A stretch of 64,000 bases of DNA from Promethearchaeota archaeon (GCA_019058365.1 JAHPZE010000004.1:128001-192000), one strand, 5' to 3'. Numbered from the stretch's first letter, positions 39,647 through 50,666 are shown. Notes: generated from the sequence alone by a model not told the origin. Numbers and translations: made by a program.

Positions 39647-40270
39647 TTAATTTAATTGATCTTTTAATAACTTTCCTTGAATTATAAAATCTTCTAGATT
39701 TTCTTTTTCTATTACTTTTATTTCTTTAATCTCGGGTTTTAATATTTTTAATAACAGTTCCAATTCTAATTTTTTCTTTAATATTGAAAAATTATAATCA
39801 GCATTATTTTTACTTACCCTAAACGATTCTGTGATTCCAATTTGAATATGAGGTAAATTTTGGAAAGAAGTAAGTGAAAAAGTTGAATCAAAGATATTCT
39901 CTCTGAAAGGTAAATGTTCCATATCTGACAAAATCAAATTTAAAGCATACTTCTTACAATTATAATTAATAACCTTGGATTTGAATCTTAATAACATATT
40001 ACAAGAGATATCTACTGCTACGTAGTTAAACTTTATTTCTCCTTGCTTCTTTATTGATTTTGTAATATATTCAAAAAATAAACCAGTACCACACCCCATA
40101 TCTATAATAATTTTACCATTTGCTCTGTAGTTTTTTAATACAATTTCATATTTTTCTTCTTGTATTGCTTTATATCTTTTGTCATAAAAATGTGATGATG
40201 AGTTGTATTTTTCGATTATGCTTTTCTTTTTATTTTGATTTTTAGAGTGTTCTTCCACGATGATAACCAA
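39647..40270 (-). CDS. Class I SAM-dependent methyltransferase
   Basis: IIDMGCGTG, LPFRENIFD. Confidence 0.85.
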   Translation of the reverse strand: MVIIVEEHSKNQNKKKSIIEKYNSSSHFYDKRYKAIQEEKYEIVLKNYRANGKIIIDMGCGTGLFFEYITKSIKKQGEIKFNYVAVDISCNMLLRFKSKVINYNCKKYALNLILSDMEHLPFRENIFDSTFSLTSFQNLPHIQIGITESFRVSKNNADYNFSILKKKLELELLLKILKPEIKEIKVIEKENLEDFIIQGKLLKDQLN

Positions 40271-40382
40271 ATAAATTTTAGCTCTTGTTTTTAATGTCGT
40301 AAGGTTTTAATTCAAAAAATTCTATCTTTAAATTATCTTTTTAATATATATTATAATAATTGTTTTGATATAAGAATTAAAA

Positions 40383-40646
40383 ATGTCAAGTAAAAATAAT
40401 AATCAACAGAGATCTAAAAATCCTTTACAAATATTACAAAATAGTCAAGGTTCTATAATTTTGCTCAGATTAAAAGATGGGACAGAATATAGGGGACTAT
40501 TAAAGGAAATCGACGCTTACATGAACATGATTTTAGAAGACGCAACCGAACTTTTAGAAGGGACGCCTGTGGCTAAATACAATGAGATATTTATTCGGGG
40601 TAATAATCTCTTATTTATTAAACCAGACGCTTCTCAAATTACATAA
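40383..40646 (+). CDS. Sm/Lsm family RNA-binding protein
   Basis: GLLKEIDAYMNMIL, IFIRGNN. Confidence 0.92.
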   Translation: MSSKNNNQQRSKNPLQILQNSQGSIILLRLKDGTEYRGLLKEIDAYMNMILEDATELLEGTPVAKYNEIFIRGNNLLFIKPDASQIT

Positions 40647-40729
40647 CTATTGTAGGGAATTTTTATTAGCTACCCCTTATGTTTAACATTAGATTTCCTA
40701 AATTAGTGAAATCATGATCTAGAATAGCT

Positions 40730-41635
40730 TTATAACCTCAATAATTTTGGAACTACTTCTTTATTTCTAATTATTGCATAAGATGCCGAATTTGGGGTAT
40801 AAGATCCTAGATAATTTGCTGATGAAAATATAGATAGCAATCTATTATTAAAAAACCATCGATATCCCTCAGGAAAGCATTCATGTGCTCTAATTAGGTA
40901 TTTAAGATTGTTATATCTCATAAAATTCTCAAAAACATCATCTCCGAAAAATTTAATCCCTGGACCTCTAAAATTGTCGGAAAAACCTTCTAATCCAGAT
41001 TTAGGATCATTCCACATGATTTGATAAATCCCTTGTTCATTTGAATTGTATATTTCTCTAAAATTCTTGCATTTTTGACCTTGTAGTTTCTTTAAAATAT
41101 CATTGTCTTCTGGAATCCCTCCATGTAGACATAACACTTCTCTATTAATTAATGCACATATCGGTAATACATTATAAATACTTAAAATTTCACTGAATTT
41201 GCTGTGATCATCGAATCTTGAAATAAAATCTTGAAAGAAACCGTAGTATTTATTTATTTCTAAAGTTTCATGATTTCCTCTTAATAAATAATATTTTAAA
41301 GGGTAAAGAATCTTCAACGCTAAAACGATTAATAAACATTCAAATTGCTTTGGTCCACGATCGACAATATCTCCTAAAAAGATGACTATTTTCGGGTTAT
41401 TATGATTAATAATTTCAATTATTCTCTTTAATGTCGCCAAATTTCCATGAATATCCCCTATTACATAAACTTCTTCATTAATTTCTTTAAAACTAAACTC
41501 TAAGAGTAAATTTTCTTGTTCTAAAATATTTTTAACTGTTTTTAAGATATTCGAAATAACATCAAATTTTAGAGAAGAGATTTTCTGCGGTTGGTTTATT
41601 AAATCATATAAAACTGAATTTTCAATTAAATTCAA
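40730..41635 (-). CDS. PPP-family Ser/Thr protein phosphatase
   Basis: GDIHG, GDIVDRG, RGNHE, HGG, WNDP, RAHE, SANY. Confidence 0.92.
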   Translation of the reverse strand: MNLIENSVLYDLINQPQKISSLKFDVISNILKTVKNILEQENLLLEFSFKEINEEVYVIGDIHGNLATLKRIIEIINHNNPKIVIFLGDIVDRGPKQFECLLIVLALKILYPLKYYLLRGNHETLEINKYYGFFQDFISRFDDHSKFSEILSIYNVLPICALINREVLCLHGGIPEDNDILKKLQGQKCKNFREIYNSNEQGIYQIMWNDPKSGLEGFSDNFRGPGIKFFGDDVFENFMRYNNLKYLIRAHECFPEGYRWFFNNRLLSIFSSANYLGSYTPNSASYAIIRNKEVVPKLLRL

Positions 41636-41746
41636 AATTGATCTAATTGTTTTCCTTTAATTATCTTTTTAATAACTCTATTATTTTTATTATAGTTTCT
41701 TTTATTTTTATAAATAAAGGAATTTAAAATATATAGTTAAATTTCA

Positions 41747-43846
41747 ATGAAAGATTCTTTAATTAAAAAGTTTGTAAATCATATTGAGAGACACATTGAG
41801 AGTTTTGAAAATGAAAAATTTCTCCAAAAAAATGAGAGTCGGAATATTGGAATAATCTATACTCCGAACCAAGTTGTAGATTACATAGTATCTAATATCT
41901 TTAGAATCTATTTTGAAAGATATATATCTTTTAATAAAGATGCTAAAGATGAACCAAATTTAAAAGAAATTGTTCTTTCAGTAATTAAAGATCAGAAAAC
42001 AAAAGAGAATTTAACTAAAATAATTAGAAATATAAGGATACTAGACCCTTCTTGTGGCTCTGGGAGATTTTTAATATCAGTAGCTGAAAAATTATATCAA
42101 TTGTATAGAATATTAGAGCCAAATTTCTCTGATTTTGATATAAAAAAAGCAATAATAGAAAAAAATCTCTATGGTATTGAAATTGAATATTCTGCTATTC
42201 TTATCTCAAAACTAAGGTTAATTAAATGGGTTCTATCTTTTAATGAAAACAATGTCATATTTAAGACTCTTAACTCAGAGATTTTAAATCTCAAAAATGT
42301 AGACCAAATCGTTGAGAAATTAGATTTACATTTCAACTTTTTTAACTTAGATTATCTTTTAGAATTTAGCTCTGATAAATTTGATATAATAACTGGTAAT
42401 CCCCCTTACATAGAAAATAAAAAGATAAAAGATATTGAATTTAAGAAAAAATTAACTAAAAGATTTAATACGGCTTATAGATTATTCGATCTGTCTGTAG
42501 TTTTTATAGAAAAATCATTTGAATTATTGAAATCAAATTCTGGATGCCTCTCTATGCTAACAACGAATAAGTTTTTATCAGCAGATTACGGTATTCGAAT
42601 TAGAAAATTACTTATCAATAATACTACGCTTAAAGAAATCATTAATATCTCGTCAATACCGATCTTTAGGAAAACAGCTGCGTATCCAATAATAATATCT
42701 TTTAAAAAAGTACAACCAAATGAAGGTAATTTTATCAGAATAAAACATTTTGTAAAACTAAATGACTTTTTAGAAAATCGTAAAGTTAAGTCTAAATTTA
42801 TACCTCAAAACTTAATAAATATAATTCCTACGCTTGTATTTCCCATTTTTGGCAACTTCGATTTAATAAATTATTTGTATACAAATTTTTTACCTTTTTC
42901 ACAGACCTTTAAGGATTTAAAATTATATTATCGACCATTTGGGTTCTTAAATTGGGCTAAACATCTTAATAATATAAAAAGTTTTAGGAATTCTGATAAA
43001 GATTTACTGTTAGTAGGAACAGGTAATGTTGGGAGGTATTACATAAAGTTTGAAAAACCAATTAAAATTGCAGGAAAGAACTTAAATGTTTCATATTTTC
43101 AATTTAACAAAGAATACGAAAAAGTTTGGGCTGTATTGAAGAGTGAGAAATTAATTTTTAGAGAAATTGATAAACATTTAACATGGGTTTATGATCCCGG
43201 CTTATTTGCGAATGTAACAGGCTTATATCTTGTTCATTTACCCTCAATAAATAGAGATACACTGTTTTGTATTCTAACAATAATGAATTCAGAATTGATG
43301 GATTTAACCTTTAGATCTTTATTTGGAACTCTTCACATGTCTGGTGGTTATTTAAGATATAATGGTAGTTTTATTAAAAGATTACCAATGCCAAATAAAT
43401 TTCCTGCGTTTCTATCGCAACTCGGGAAAATGTTACAACTGATCTCTCAATTAAAATATGATTTTGACTCATATAGACCTGAAATCGTTAATAATCCAGA
43501 ATTAGATAGAATTAAAAAAAAGTATTATAAGGGCCTAAATAGTTATTTTAACTTTTTCAACAGATTAAGCAATTCTTTAGTGAAATTATTATATTTTGAT
43601 GACTTCTATTTAAAGTCTAATTTAGATTATAATATTCTAAGAGAAATGTTAGATTTAAAAATAGAACCGCAAAAGGTTCCATATAAATTTTTAATTCCTC
43701 GATTTAATATAAATAATTATGAGTTATATCAATTAAATGAATTAGATGACATTTTAGCTGAAATAAACAAATTATATAACCAACTTTATAATAACATGGA
43801 TATATTAAATCAAATAGATGATATAATAAAAAACAATTTTAGCTAA
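41747..43846 (+). CDS. Gamma-class N6-adenine DNA methyltransferase (Eco57I/TaqI-like) with TRD
   Basis: YTP, LDPSCGSGRFL, GNPPY, C-terminal TaqI_C-like region. Confidence 0.88.
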   Translation: MKDSLIKKFVNHIERHIESFENEKFLQKNESRNIGIIYTPNQVVDYIVSNIFRIYFERYISFNKDAKDEPNLKEIVLSVIKDQKTKENLTKIIRNIRILDPSCGSGRFLISVAEKLYQLYRILEPNFSDFDIKKAIIEKNLYGIEIEYSAILISKLRLIKWVLSFNENNVIFKTLNSEILNLKNVDQIVEKLDLHFNFFNLDYLLEFSSDKFDIITGNPPYIENKKIKDIEFKKKLTKRFNTAYRLFDLSVVFIEKSFELLKSNSGCLSMLTTNKFLSADYGIRIRKLLINNTTLKEIINISSIPIFRKTAAYPIIISFKKVQPNEGNFIRIKHFVKLNDFLENRKVKSKFIPQNLINIIPTLVFPIFGNFDLINYLYTNFLPFSQTFKDLKLYYRPFGFLNWAKHLNNIKSFRNSDKDLLLVGTGNVGRYYIKFEKPIKIAGKNLNVSYFQFNKEYEKVWAVLKSEKLIFREIDKHLTWVYDPGLFANVTGLYLVHLPSINRDTLFCILTIMNSELMDLTFRSLFGTLHMSGGYLRYNGSFIKRLPMPNKFPAFLSQLGKMLQLISQLKYDFDSYRPEIVNNPELDRIKKKYYKGLNSYFNFFNRLSNSLVKLLYFDDFYLKSNLDYNILREMLDLKIEPQKVPYKFLIPRFNINNYELYQLNELDDILAEINKLYNQLYNNMDILNQIDDIIKNNFS

Positions 43847-43955
43847 AATGTAAGCCTTAACTAATTTTTCTTTAACTAAAATCGAATTAAAATTATATTT
43901 TAAGAAAGATTATATATTTAAAATATCAATAAGTAAAAAACAATTAAAATTGTGA

Positions 43956-44285
43956 TTGAATATTATGGCTAAAAAAAAAAAAATTGTTCCGAGTGAAGAA
44001 GAGGAACTTGAAATTCCAAATGGAAAAACTGATGAAGATGGAGATGAAGTTTTAGATTTATCTGATTGGAATGACGATTTAGAAAATGATGTTGAGTATG
44101 ATCTCAGCAAAATTAAAGATGATATGTTAGCAGATGAAACAGAAGATGAAGAACTCGGTATGGAAGTTGATGATGTTGTTAAGTTGTTAAGAGATGTAAA
44201 ATGTAAACCTTGCCCAGGTTTAAGAAGCAAGCCAGATTGTAAGGTTGCTCATGATTATGGGTGCCCAAAACCAAAGAAGCCATAA
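43956..44285 (+). CDS. Acidic low-complexity protein with C-terminal Cys motif
   Basis: D/E-rich; CKPCPG..C..H..CP. Confidence 0.7.
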   Translation: MNIMAKKKKIVPSEEEELEIPNGKTDEDGDEVLDLSDWNDDLENDVEYDLSKIKDDMLADETEDEELGMEVDDVVKLLRDVKCKPCPGLRSKPDCKVAHDYGCPKPKKP

Positions 44286-44348
44286 AAATTAATTTTTTAT
44301 TTTTTTATTAATTATTTACGAAATTTACTTTTAACTATATTTTTTTAG

Positions 44349-45356
44349 TTGAGCAGATTGCCTTCAAATACAATTAAACGCATAATATTAATAATTATTG
44401 ATGTTTTATTTAGCTGGTATATTTGGGAAGTAAATATTTGGTTAGGAAATCCTTGCTATACCACAGCCTTCTCGAGCTGTTTTATATTATCCGTAACAAC
44501 ATTTTTAATTGTGTATACTCCCTTCGAGATTTATTGGTCTTTTAGAGATCTCTGGTTTGATCGGTGGAGAAAACTTTTTCTCAAGGATTTAGAGGTTTCA
44601 AATATAAAAATTAATATTTCTGATGGATTTTTATCTGCAAATTTGGTAAAAAATCGAGAACAAGCCAAAATTGATTCAAAAAAGGCTATTATTATAGTTT
44701 GTCATGGTTTTTCTGACACAAAGGAAACACTTCAGTATTATTATTTTCCATTGGCGTATCAAGGTTATAATATATTAGCGTACGATGCTAGAGGTACAGG
44801 AAAATCTAAAAAATCCGGTAAAAGAAGTGAATTTTTAAAAAGAATTGAAGACTTTAAAAAAATTATCGAATGGGTTAAAAATCAAGAAGAATTTTCCAGT
44901 ATGAAAATTTTTTGTATCGGTTTTAGCATAGGAGCTATTACAGTCTTAAGTGGAGGGATTTTAGATAAAAAAATTGAAAAAATTATCGCAATTTCTTCAG
45001 TGTCTTATTATAAACAAAATATTTCTAAATATAATCCTATAATTATGTTAAGTTATTTATTAAAAGGAGTAAAATTATTTCCAAATGAAGAAGAAAACAA
45101 TCGTTTATCACCTTTTCTAATGATAAAAAATGCAAAAAAAGAGTTGACAATCGAAGAATGGAAAAAACTTTCTAATAAGGTTATGCTTATTCATTGTAAA
45201 AATGATAGAGTAATTAAATTCAAAAATTTTAAAGAAAATAAGAGGATCTTGGAATCTCAGGAGAAGAATATACTTATATTAAAGAAAGGGGGACACTCAC
45301 TGAAGAAAAACGAATGTATCTTGGTTGGAGCAACTCTTAATTTCTTAAAATTATAA
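44349..45356 (+). CDS. Membrane-anchored alpha/beta hydrolase
   Basis: Two N-terminal TM segments; CHGF, YDARGTG, GFSIG, GGH. Confidence 0.85.
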   Translation: MSRLPSNTIKRIILIIIDVLFSWYIWEVNIWLGNPCYTTAFSSCFILSVTTFLIVYTPFEIYWSFRDLWFDRWRKLFLKDLEVSNIKINISDGFLSANLVKNREQAKIDSKKAIIIVCHGFSDTKETLQYYYFPLAYQGYNILAYDARGTGKSKKSGKRSEFLKRIEDFKKIIEWVKNQEEFSSMKIFCIGFSIGAITVLSGGILDKKIEKIIAISSVSYYKQNISKYNPIIMLSYLLKGVKLFPNEEENNRLSPFLMIKNAKKELTIEEWKKLSNKVMLIHCKNDRVIKFKNFKENKRILESQEKNILILKKGGHSLKKNECILVGATLNFLKL

Positions 45357-45448
45357 TCTTTACTTTTTCTAGTTCATTTAGGATATTATTATACAAAAGC
45401 TTTCGATTAGAAATATCTAATAAGACCTTTAATGTATTATTTTTCATT

Positions 45449-46894
45449 TTAGTCAATAATTTTATTCCAATCTGAAAAATTGATGATTTTATTATAATTT
45501 TTAACTATACATGTAAATAATACACAACCTATGCAAAACATATTTACAAAATCCTCTATAGTTAAATTTAATAGCTTACAATTTTTTTCTGAGAATCCTA
45601 TTCCGCGCTCTACTTCAATTTGACCATCATAACCAGACAAATTAACTACAAAATCTTGTTTATTCAGTTTTTTTCTATTAATAAATTCTTCTCGGGCAAT
45701 TCTAGCTAAACCTCCAATAGGGATAACTTCACCATCTCTTTGAGCTAAATATATCCGTAAATCAAATGTATGTTTTCCTCCTCGCCAATCTATTAATGAG
45801 AAATCAGCCATCTCTTGAATTGTGTATGGGAAAGGATCACGGTTTTTCATAAATTTAGCAAAAAATTCCTTTTTACTTTCTTCAACAATATTTTTAATAT
45901 CAAGAGGATCTTCATCCTTAGAGATGGGAATGACTCCCGCTCCACCAGAACCCCCACTAGGTTTAATAATAAAAGGTTTCTTATATTCCTTTATGAGATA
46001 TATGAGCTTTTTTATTAAATCCTTCTCAGTATAAGCTTTCGTAAATAAAAGATATCTAAGATTATACTTTTTGAGAATATCTTTACTCAAAAAGCTTGCT
46101 AAATATGTTAAAGATTTATCATCAGTAACCTTGAATATAGGATTCACCAAAATTGAATTTATTTTATGGAAATCTTTTTTAATTAATTTTGAGAAATTTT
46201 TACTCTTGAAACGTCTTGTTATACCATCTCCTATTAAAACACCGACCTCTTCCCCCCTATATTTAATCCAATTATTAAAAAATGAAAGAGATGTGGATAA
46301 ATGTCTATAGTCAGCAATTAAAAAAACGACTTCGGCTTTAAAGTTTTTATCGTAATTATCTGTATTAAAAATTTTTACAGAATGTCCATTAGCTTTAAGT
46401 TTTTTTCTAAAATATTCTATCATTATTACTTTTTCATGAATCAATCCATCATCAACAGTTACTCCAACAAGTACAAGCATTTTATTGATATTTCTCTTAT
46501 TTCTTTTTAATGCCTGATTAATAGCTTCTAAATATCCATCATATAAAAAAGCTTGTTGTTTTTCGGTAATAATTGAAAGACCTCGGTGAGATCCTCCATT
46601 GGTTTCTAAAAGAAAAAATTTTTTCCCTTCAGGTTCATCTGATACCATGAAATCAATACTCCCTGCATAAAATGAGTCAGTACAATTCAAAATATTATCC
46701 TTGCTTTTTTTCATCTTTTCTAAAGCTCTATTCCTTACTTCATCAGTAAAGCTATCTTCTTGAGAAGTCCTTAAATCGACAAAAGATACTAAATCTAATC
46801 CTAAAGATTTTCCTAAATTGATTAATTCTAAGTCTGAATCTGATATTTCTGAGGACATAAATTTTAGAAACTTAGTGAGAAGATCTTCCTCCAT
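45449..46894 (-). CDS. Circularly permuted ATP-grasp ligase
   Basis: D..ETN metal motif near the N-terminus; IKPSGGSGGAGV, IQE, FDLR..GGLARI..VVNLS near the C-terminus. Confidence 0.7.
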   Translation of the reverse strand: MEEDLLTKFLKFMSSEISDSDLELINLGKSLGLDLVSFVDLRTSQEDSFTDEVRNRALEKMKKSKDNILNCTDSFYAGSIDFMVSDEPEGKKFFLLETNGGSHRGLSIITEKQQAFLYDGYLEAINQALKRNKRNINKMLVLVGVTVDDGLIHEKVIMIEYFRKKLKANGHSVKIFNTDNYDKNFKAEVVFLIADYRHLSTSLSFFNNWIKYRGEEVGVLIGDGITRRFKSKNFSKLIKKDFHKINSILVNPIFKVTDDKSLTYLASFLSKDILKKYNLRYLLFTKAYTEKDLIKKLIYLIKEYKKPFIIKPSGGSGGAGVIPISKDEDPLDIKNIVEESKKEFFAKFMKNRDPFPYTIQEMADFSLIDWRGGKHTFDLRIYLAQRDGEVIPIGGLARIAREEFINRKKLNKQDFVVNLSGYDGQIEVERGIGFSEKNCKLLNLTIEDFVNMFCIGCVLFTCIVKNYNKIINFSDWNKIID

Positions 46895-46988
46895 AAATTA
46901 AAATAATTATATCACAATTTAAAAAAATTAGTCTTTGTATAATTTAAAAAAACTGAAAATAATTAACTAAATATTCATAAAATTAAAA

Positions 46989-48212
46989 TTAGAGATATAA
47001 ATATCCTTGATGGTTTCCTTTGGTTGATAATCGTAGACTCCCAAGCAAGATCTTCTTGACTTTGAGTTGTTCTTTGTAGTTAAAGTTTGAAAATAATAAA
47101 ATATAGTTTTTTTCAATATTTACTGTAAATAGAAGTCCTACTTCTATCAACTCTGATTTTTCAGTCATTAAACCTATTATTACATAATGGTAAGGTAGAT
47201 TAACTAGATCCTCAATATTTATTTCCTTTTCAATAATTTGAGCTTTTTCTTTATCATATTCTGTTTTTATAAATTTCATATTGTCTAAGGGAATTGATAT
47301 TTTCCTAAACTCTTCAAATTTTTTAGAAAATTGACTTTGACGTAAAAATCGTCTCTCATCTTTGTCTTTTTCATAGAAGTATTTATTCTCCTCTTTAATT
47401 AAATACATTTTTCTATTTTTTCTTGAACTCGAGGATGTCTTTTCGATGATTTCTAATTCTTCAATTGTATCATCATGAAATACTATTAAAACATCTGGAT
47501 CTAGAGTATTAATAAAAAAATTTTTATAGAGAATCCCTGCTTCGGTTTTTATCCAACCATCTGTATCAATTAATATAAAGTCGACGTCTTTATATTTCGC
47601 TACATAATCAGAAATTAAATTCTTACAGGAAAGAGAAACAATATATTTATTATCTCCTTTAGGGAAAGTGGCACCAATAAAAATAGTTTTCTCGGAATTA
47701 ATATTTTCACTTGAAATGATGTAATCATCAATTGTGCCAATATTAATTGTTGTGGGAATATATATAATTTGCTGTCCTAAATCAGAATCAAGATATCCTC
47801 CTTTTAATTCTTCTTTAAGGAAATTATTTGCTAAATATTTGATAAACGTTGTCTTCCCACTACTAGTTCCTAAAACCATTATTTTTAAAGGTTTATTAAC
47901 ATTCTGCTTCATTTCTTTTATTATCAAATCTTTAATTTCAATCCACTTTTGAGAGATCGAATTTTCTTCGATTTCTTTAAGATGATCTTCAAAATTAGTA
48001 TATATTTCTAATTTTGAAGTATCTATTGCATATAGGGGATAAATTTGAGCACTAGGGATAATTAAAGCATTTTCATCTGTAGAATCTGATGGTGAATTCT
48101 TCTTATCTGGAAGAAATATCTTGCCAAACACATCAATTTTTCCTTCTATTAACGTTATTCTTGCTGGACCTTTAATTAATAAAGTATGACCTTTATTTAT
48201 ATTCTTAATCAT
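46989..48212 (-). CDS. Clp1/Grc3/Nol9-family polynucleotide 5'-kinase
   Basis: GTSSGKTT, DSDLGQ, IDTDGW, RRFLR lid. Confidence 0.85.
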   Translation of the reverse strand: MIKNINKGHTLLIKGPARITLIEGKIDVFGKIFLPDKKNSPSDSTDENALIIPSAQIYPLYAIDTSKLEIYTNFEDHLKEIEENSISQKWIEIKDLIIKEMKQNVNKPLKIMVLGTSSGKTTFIKYLANNFLKEELKGGYLDSDLGQQIIYIPTTINIGTIDDYIISSENINSEKTIFIGATFPKGDNKYIVSLSCKNLISDYVAKYKDVDFILIDTDGWIKTEAGILYKNFFINTLDPDVLIVFHDDTIEELEIIEKTSSSSRKNRKMYLIKEENKYFYEKDKDERRFLRQSQFSKKFEEFRKISIPLDNMKFIKTEYDKEKAQIIEKEINIEDLVNLPYHYVIIGLMTEKSELIEVGLLFTVNIEKNYILLFSNFNYKEQLKVKKILLGSLRLSTKGNHQGYLYL

Positions 48213-48418
48213 AGAATATTCCTCTTTTATCTAAAAGTATTATAAAATCACAATTTCCTTCAATTTCTCTAATAGAATTTCTTGTGCATTCATAAAAATA
48301 AAGAAATGATGTCCCAACATTCTATCTAGTAAATATATGTCATTCATAAATTTAATTTTTTAAAATTGGTAAAGTCTACTTCTCGATATTTTTAGTAATT
48401 TATTTATAAATATATAAT

Positions 48419-49198
48419 TTAAGGACAAATATCTTGAATAAAATTAAAAAGTTCTGAAACGATTTCGTTATGATCTGGGCTGTCTAATATTGGATGATCA
48501 TTATGCACTAACCAAATTTTCTTCTTATTTTTTGCACTAATTTTGCTAAAAATATAATCCATACTATTTTTTTTAATAACAGAATCTAAACGGCCTTGAA
48601 ATAGTAATGCTGGACAATTTACTTGGGGTAATAATTTTTTCATCTCTTTCAATATATTTTTTATTTTGATCGCAATATTTACAGGAATCTTATCGTAACC
48701 AACCCATTTTCCATCTGTATCTTTTCTGAATTGTTCTGAAGTAACGCTGTGATATTTCACAAAAATTTTAAATATTGGAACTAAATTGAAGAGAAATGAT
48801 TGAATTCCTATTGGGGTGCTAATTGTAAAAATTCCATCTAAATTATGATTTGCTGCTAGTATCAAAGTTAAAATACCCCCCATAGAATGGCCTCCTACAA
48901 TAATCTTATCACATTTATCTTTCATAATCTTGATTTCTTTTTCTAATGCAGATTTCCATTCATCAATATGAGTGGTTTTTAAATCTTCAGGGGTAGTTCC
49001 AAATCCAGGAAGTAAGGGAACTTTAACAGTATAACCTCCTTTTGTATGCACATCTTCTGCTAGAGGCTTTAAATCTGCACATGTTCCACCACCACCACCA
49101 TGTATCATTAGGATTCCAATTTTATTTCCTTCAAAAAGAAAAGGACCGGCACCATTCATTATTTTCGGATTTTGATTATCCATCTTGTCACACATCAT
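48419..49198 (-). CDS. Carboxylesterase (alpha/beta hydrolase)
   Basis: PLLPGFGT, GHSMGG, catalytic D and H. Confidence 0.88.
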   Translation of the reverse strand: MMCDKMDNQNPKIMNGAGPFLFEGNKIGILMIHGGGGGTCADLKPLAEDVHTKGGYTVKVPLLPGFGTTPEDLKTTHIDEWKSALEKEIKIMKDKCDKIIVGGHSMGGILTLILAANHNLDGIFTISTPIGIQSFLFNLVPIFKIFVKYHSVTSEQFRKDTDGKWVGYDKIPVNIAIKIKNILKEMKKLLPQVNCPALLFQGRLDSVIKKNSMDYIFSKISAKNKKKIWLVHNDHPILDSPDHNEIVSELFNFIQDICP

Positions 49199-49302
49199 TA
49201 TTATATATTAATAACAAATAACTAATAAGAATCTCCATATTTTAGAAGACCATTTGAGAAATAAACTATAGAATTTAAAACTTAAAAATATTTTATTTTT
49301 AT

Positions 49303-49830
49303 CTATCCTCTTAATTTTTTATAACAAGGAATGCACATATCAGAATTATTATATGTCATAAGTCGACTACTCATGGTGGGTTCTCCACATATCTCACATG
49401 GAACAGACTCCTCAATTTGAGCTAACTCTGGAGGATTAAATTCAATTTCATCAATATTAAATATATCTTCTGGTTTTGAGTTCAGCAACAACTGAATTTT
49501 CTCATTTCTTGTTAACTTTTTCTCACCAAATTCCCTGTTTTTTATTGCTAATTTTATACCTTTTTGGGTTCTTCGATCATAGAAGTAATAATTATTCTTC
49601 CCATAATCTTGATGGACAAGATTCCCCTTCCCATATGTTGTACCCAAAATCACTTGAAGTGCATCAACGCTACAATTATCATTCTCGACGACAGCAACTA
49701 ACTCTTCATTTGGAGAATAATGATATCCATGCTCTAAAACATGTTTAGCAGCTAAAACACCAATCGCTAAACCCGGACAAATATGTCCATGAAATCTAGC
49801 AGCTTTTTCCATTAACGCCTTAGCTTCCAT
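49303..49830 (-). CDS. FmdE family protein with C-terminal zinc finger
   Basis: FHGHICPG, CSVDALQ, GTTYGKGN, CEICGE..CIPC. Confidence 0.9.
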   Translation of the reverse strand: MEAKALMEKAARFHGHICPGLAIGVLAAKHVLEHGYHYSPNEELVAVVENDNCSVDALQVILGTTYGKGNLVHQDYGKNNYYFYDRRTQKGIKLAIKNREFGEKKLTRNEKIQLLLNSKPEDIFNIDEIEFNPPELAQIEESVPCEICGEPTMSSRLMTYNNSDMCIPCYKKLRG

Positions 49831-49938
49831 GTAAAACCATATAGTTTTTATTTTGATTAAATCTCAGTTATATAATTTATTAGATACTTTAAATATATCT
49901 ATCATAGCATTTCATAATAAAAGCTTACCATTATAAAT

Positions 49939-50433
49939 ATGAAATTTTTAGCCGATGCAATGCTAGGCAAGTTAACACGATTCCTAAGAATATTTGGTTT
50001 TGATACAATTTATGCCAATGATTTAATAGACTATTTTCAACTTGATCCAGTTCCAGATGAAAAGTTAATAGAGTATGCAAAAAGAAATGGAAGGATTATT
50101 ATTACAAAAGACTATGATTTATATAAGCATTACACAGAGAAGAGTTTTTTTCTCAACGGAGAAGGTATATATAACTACTTAAAGCAACTCAATAAACAGT
50201 GTGGTTTAAAATTTAAATTTAATCTTAAACGGGCGAGATGTTCAATCTGTAATTCACAGCTACAAAGAGTGGAAAATAAGAATTCAATAAAAAAGCTTGT
50301 TTTAGAAGAAACATACAACAATTATGATGAATTTTATCAATGTTTAAATCTTCAATGTAAAAAAATATATTGGCAAGGTTCTCATATTGAAGATATTGAG
50401 TATAAACTAAGTAATACTTTAGATTTTGATTAG
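49939..50433 (+). CDS. Mut7-C RNase (PIN-like + Zn ribbon)
   Basis: FLADAMLGKLTRFLRIFGFDT, RCSICN, KIYWQGSH. Confidence 0.9.
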   Translation: MKFLADAMLGKLTRFLRIFGFDTIYANDLIDYFQLDPVPDEKLIEYAKRNGRIIITKDYDLYKHYTEKSFFLNGEGIYNYLKQLNKQCGLKFKFNLKRARCSICNSQLQRVENKNSIKKLVLEETYNNYDEFYQCLNLQCKKIYWQGSHIEDIEYKLSNTLDFD

Positions 50434-50438
50434 TAGTT

Positions 50439-50666
50439 TTATTTTTTAAAGTATTTTCCTTTGATTTCTAAGAATCTTTGTTTTGTTTTTTCAGCAAGTT
50501 CTGTGTAATTTCCCTTCATGTACATACCATAAGCTTGATTTAATAATTCAAGGCATTTACGATATTCTACGTTTTTAAAATGATTTTCTGAAAGAGATAC
50601 TAAATAATCCCCCTTTTTTTTATAGAATTCGATAAATTGTTGAGAAGTGTCTATTTTTTTATCCAT
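50439..50666 (-). CDS. Small helical (TPR-like) hypothetical protein
   Basis: 75-aa ORF with a helical-hairpin pattern. Confidence 0.6.
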   Translation of the reverse strand: MDKKIDTSQQFIEFYKKKGDYLVSLSENHFKNVEYRKCLELLNQAYGMYMKGNYTELAEKTKQRFLEIKGKYFKK

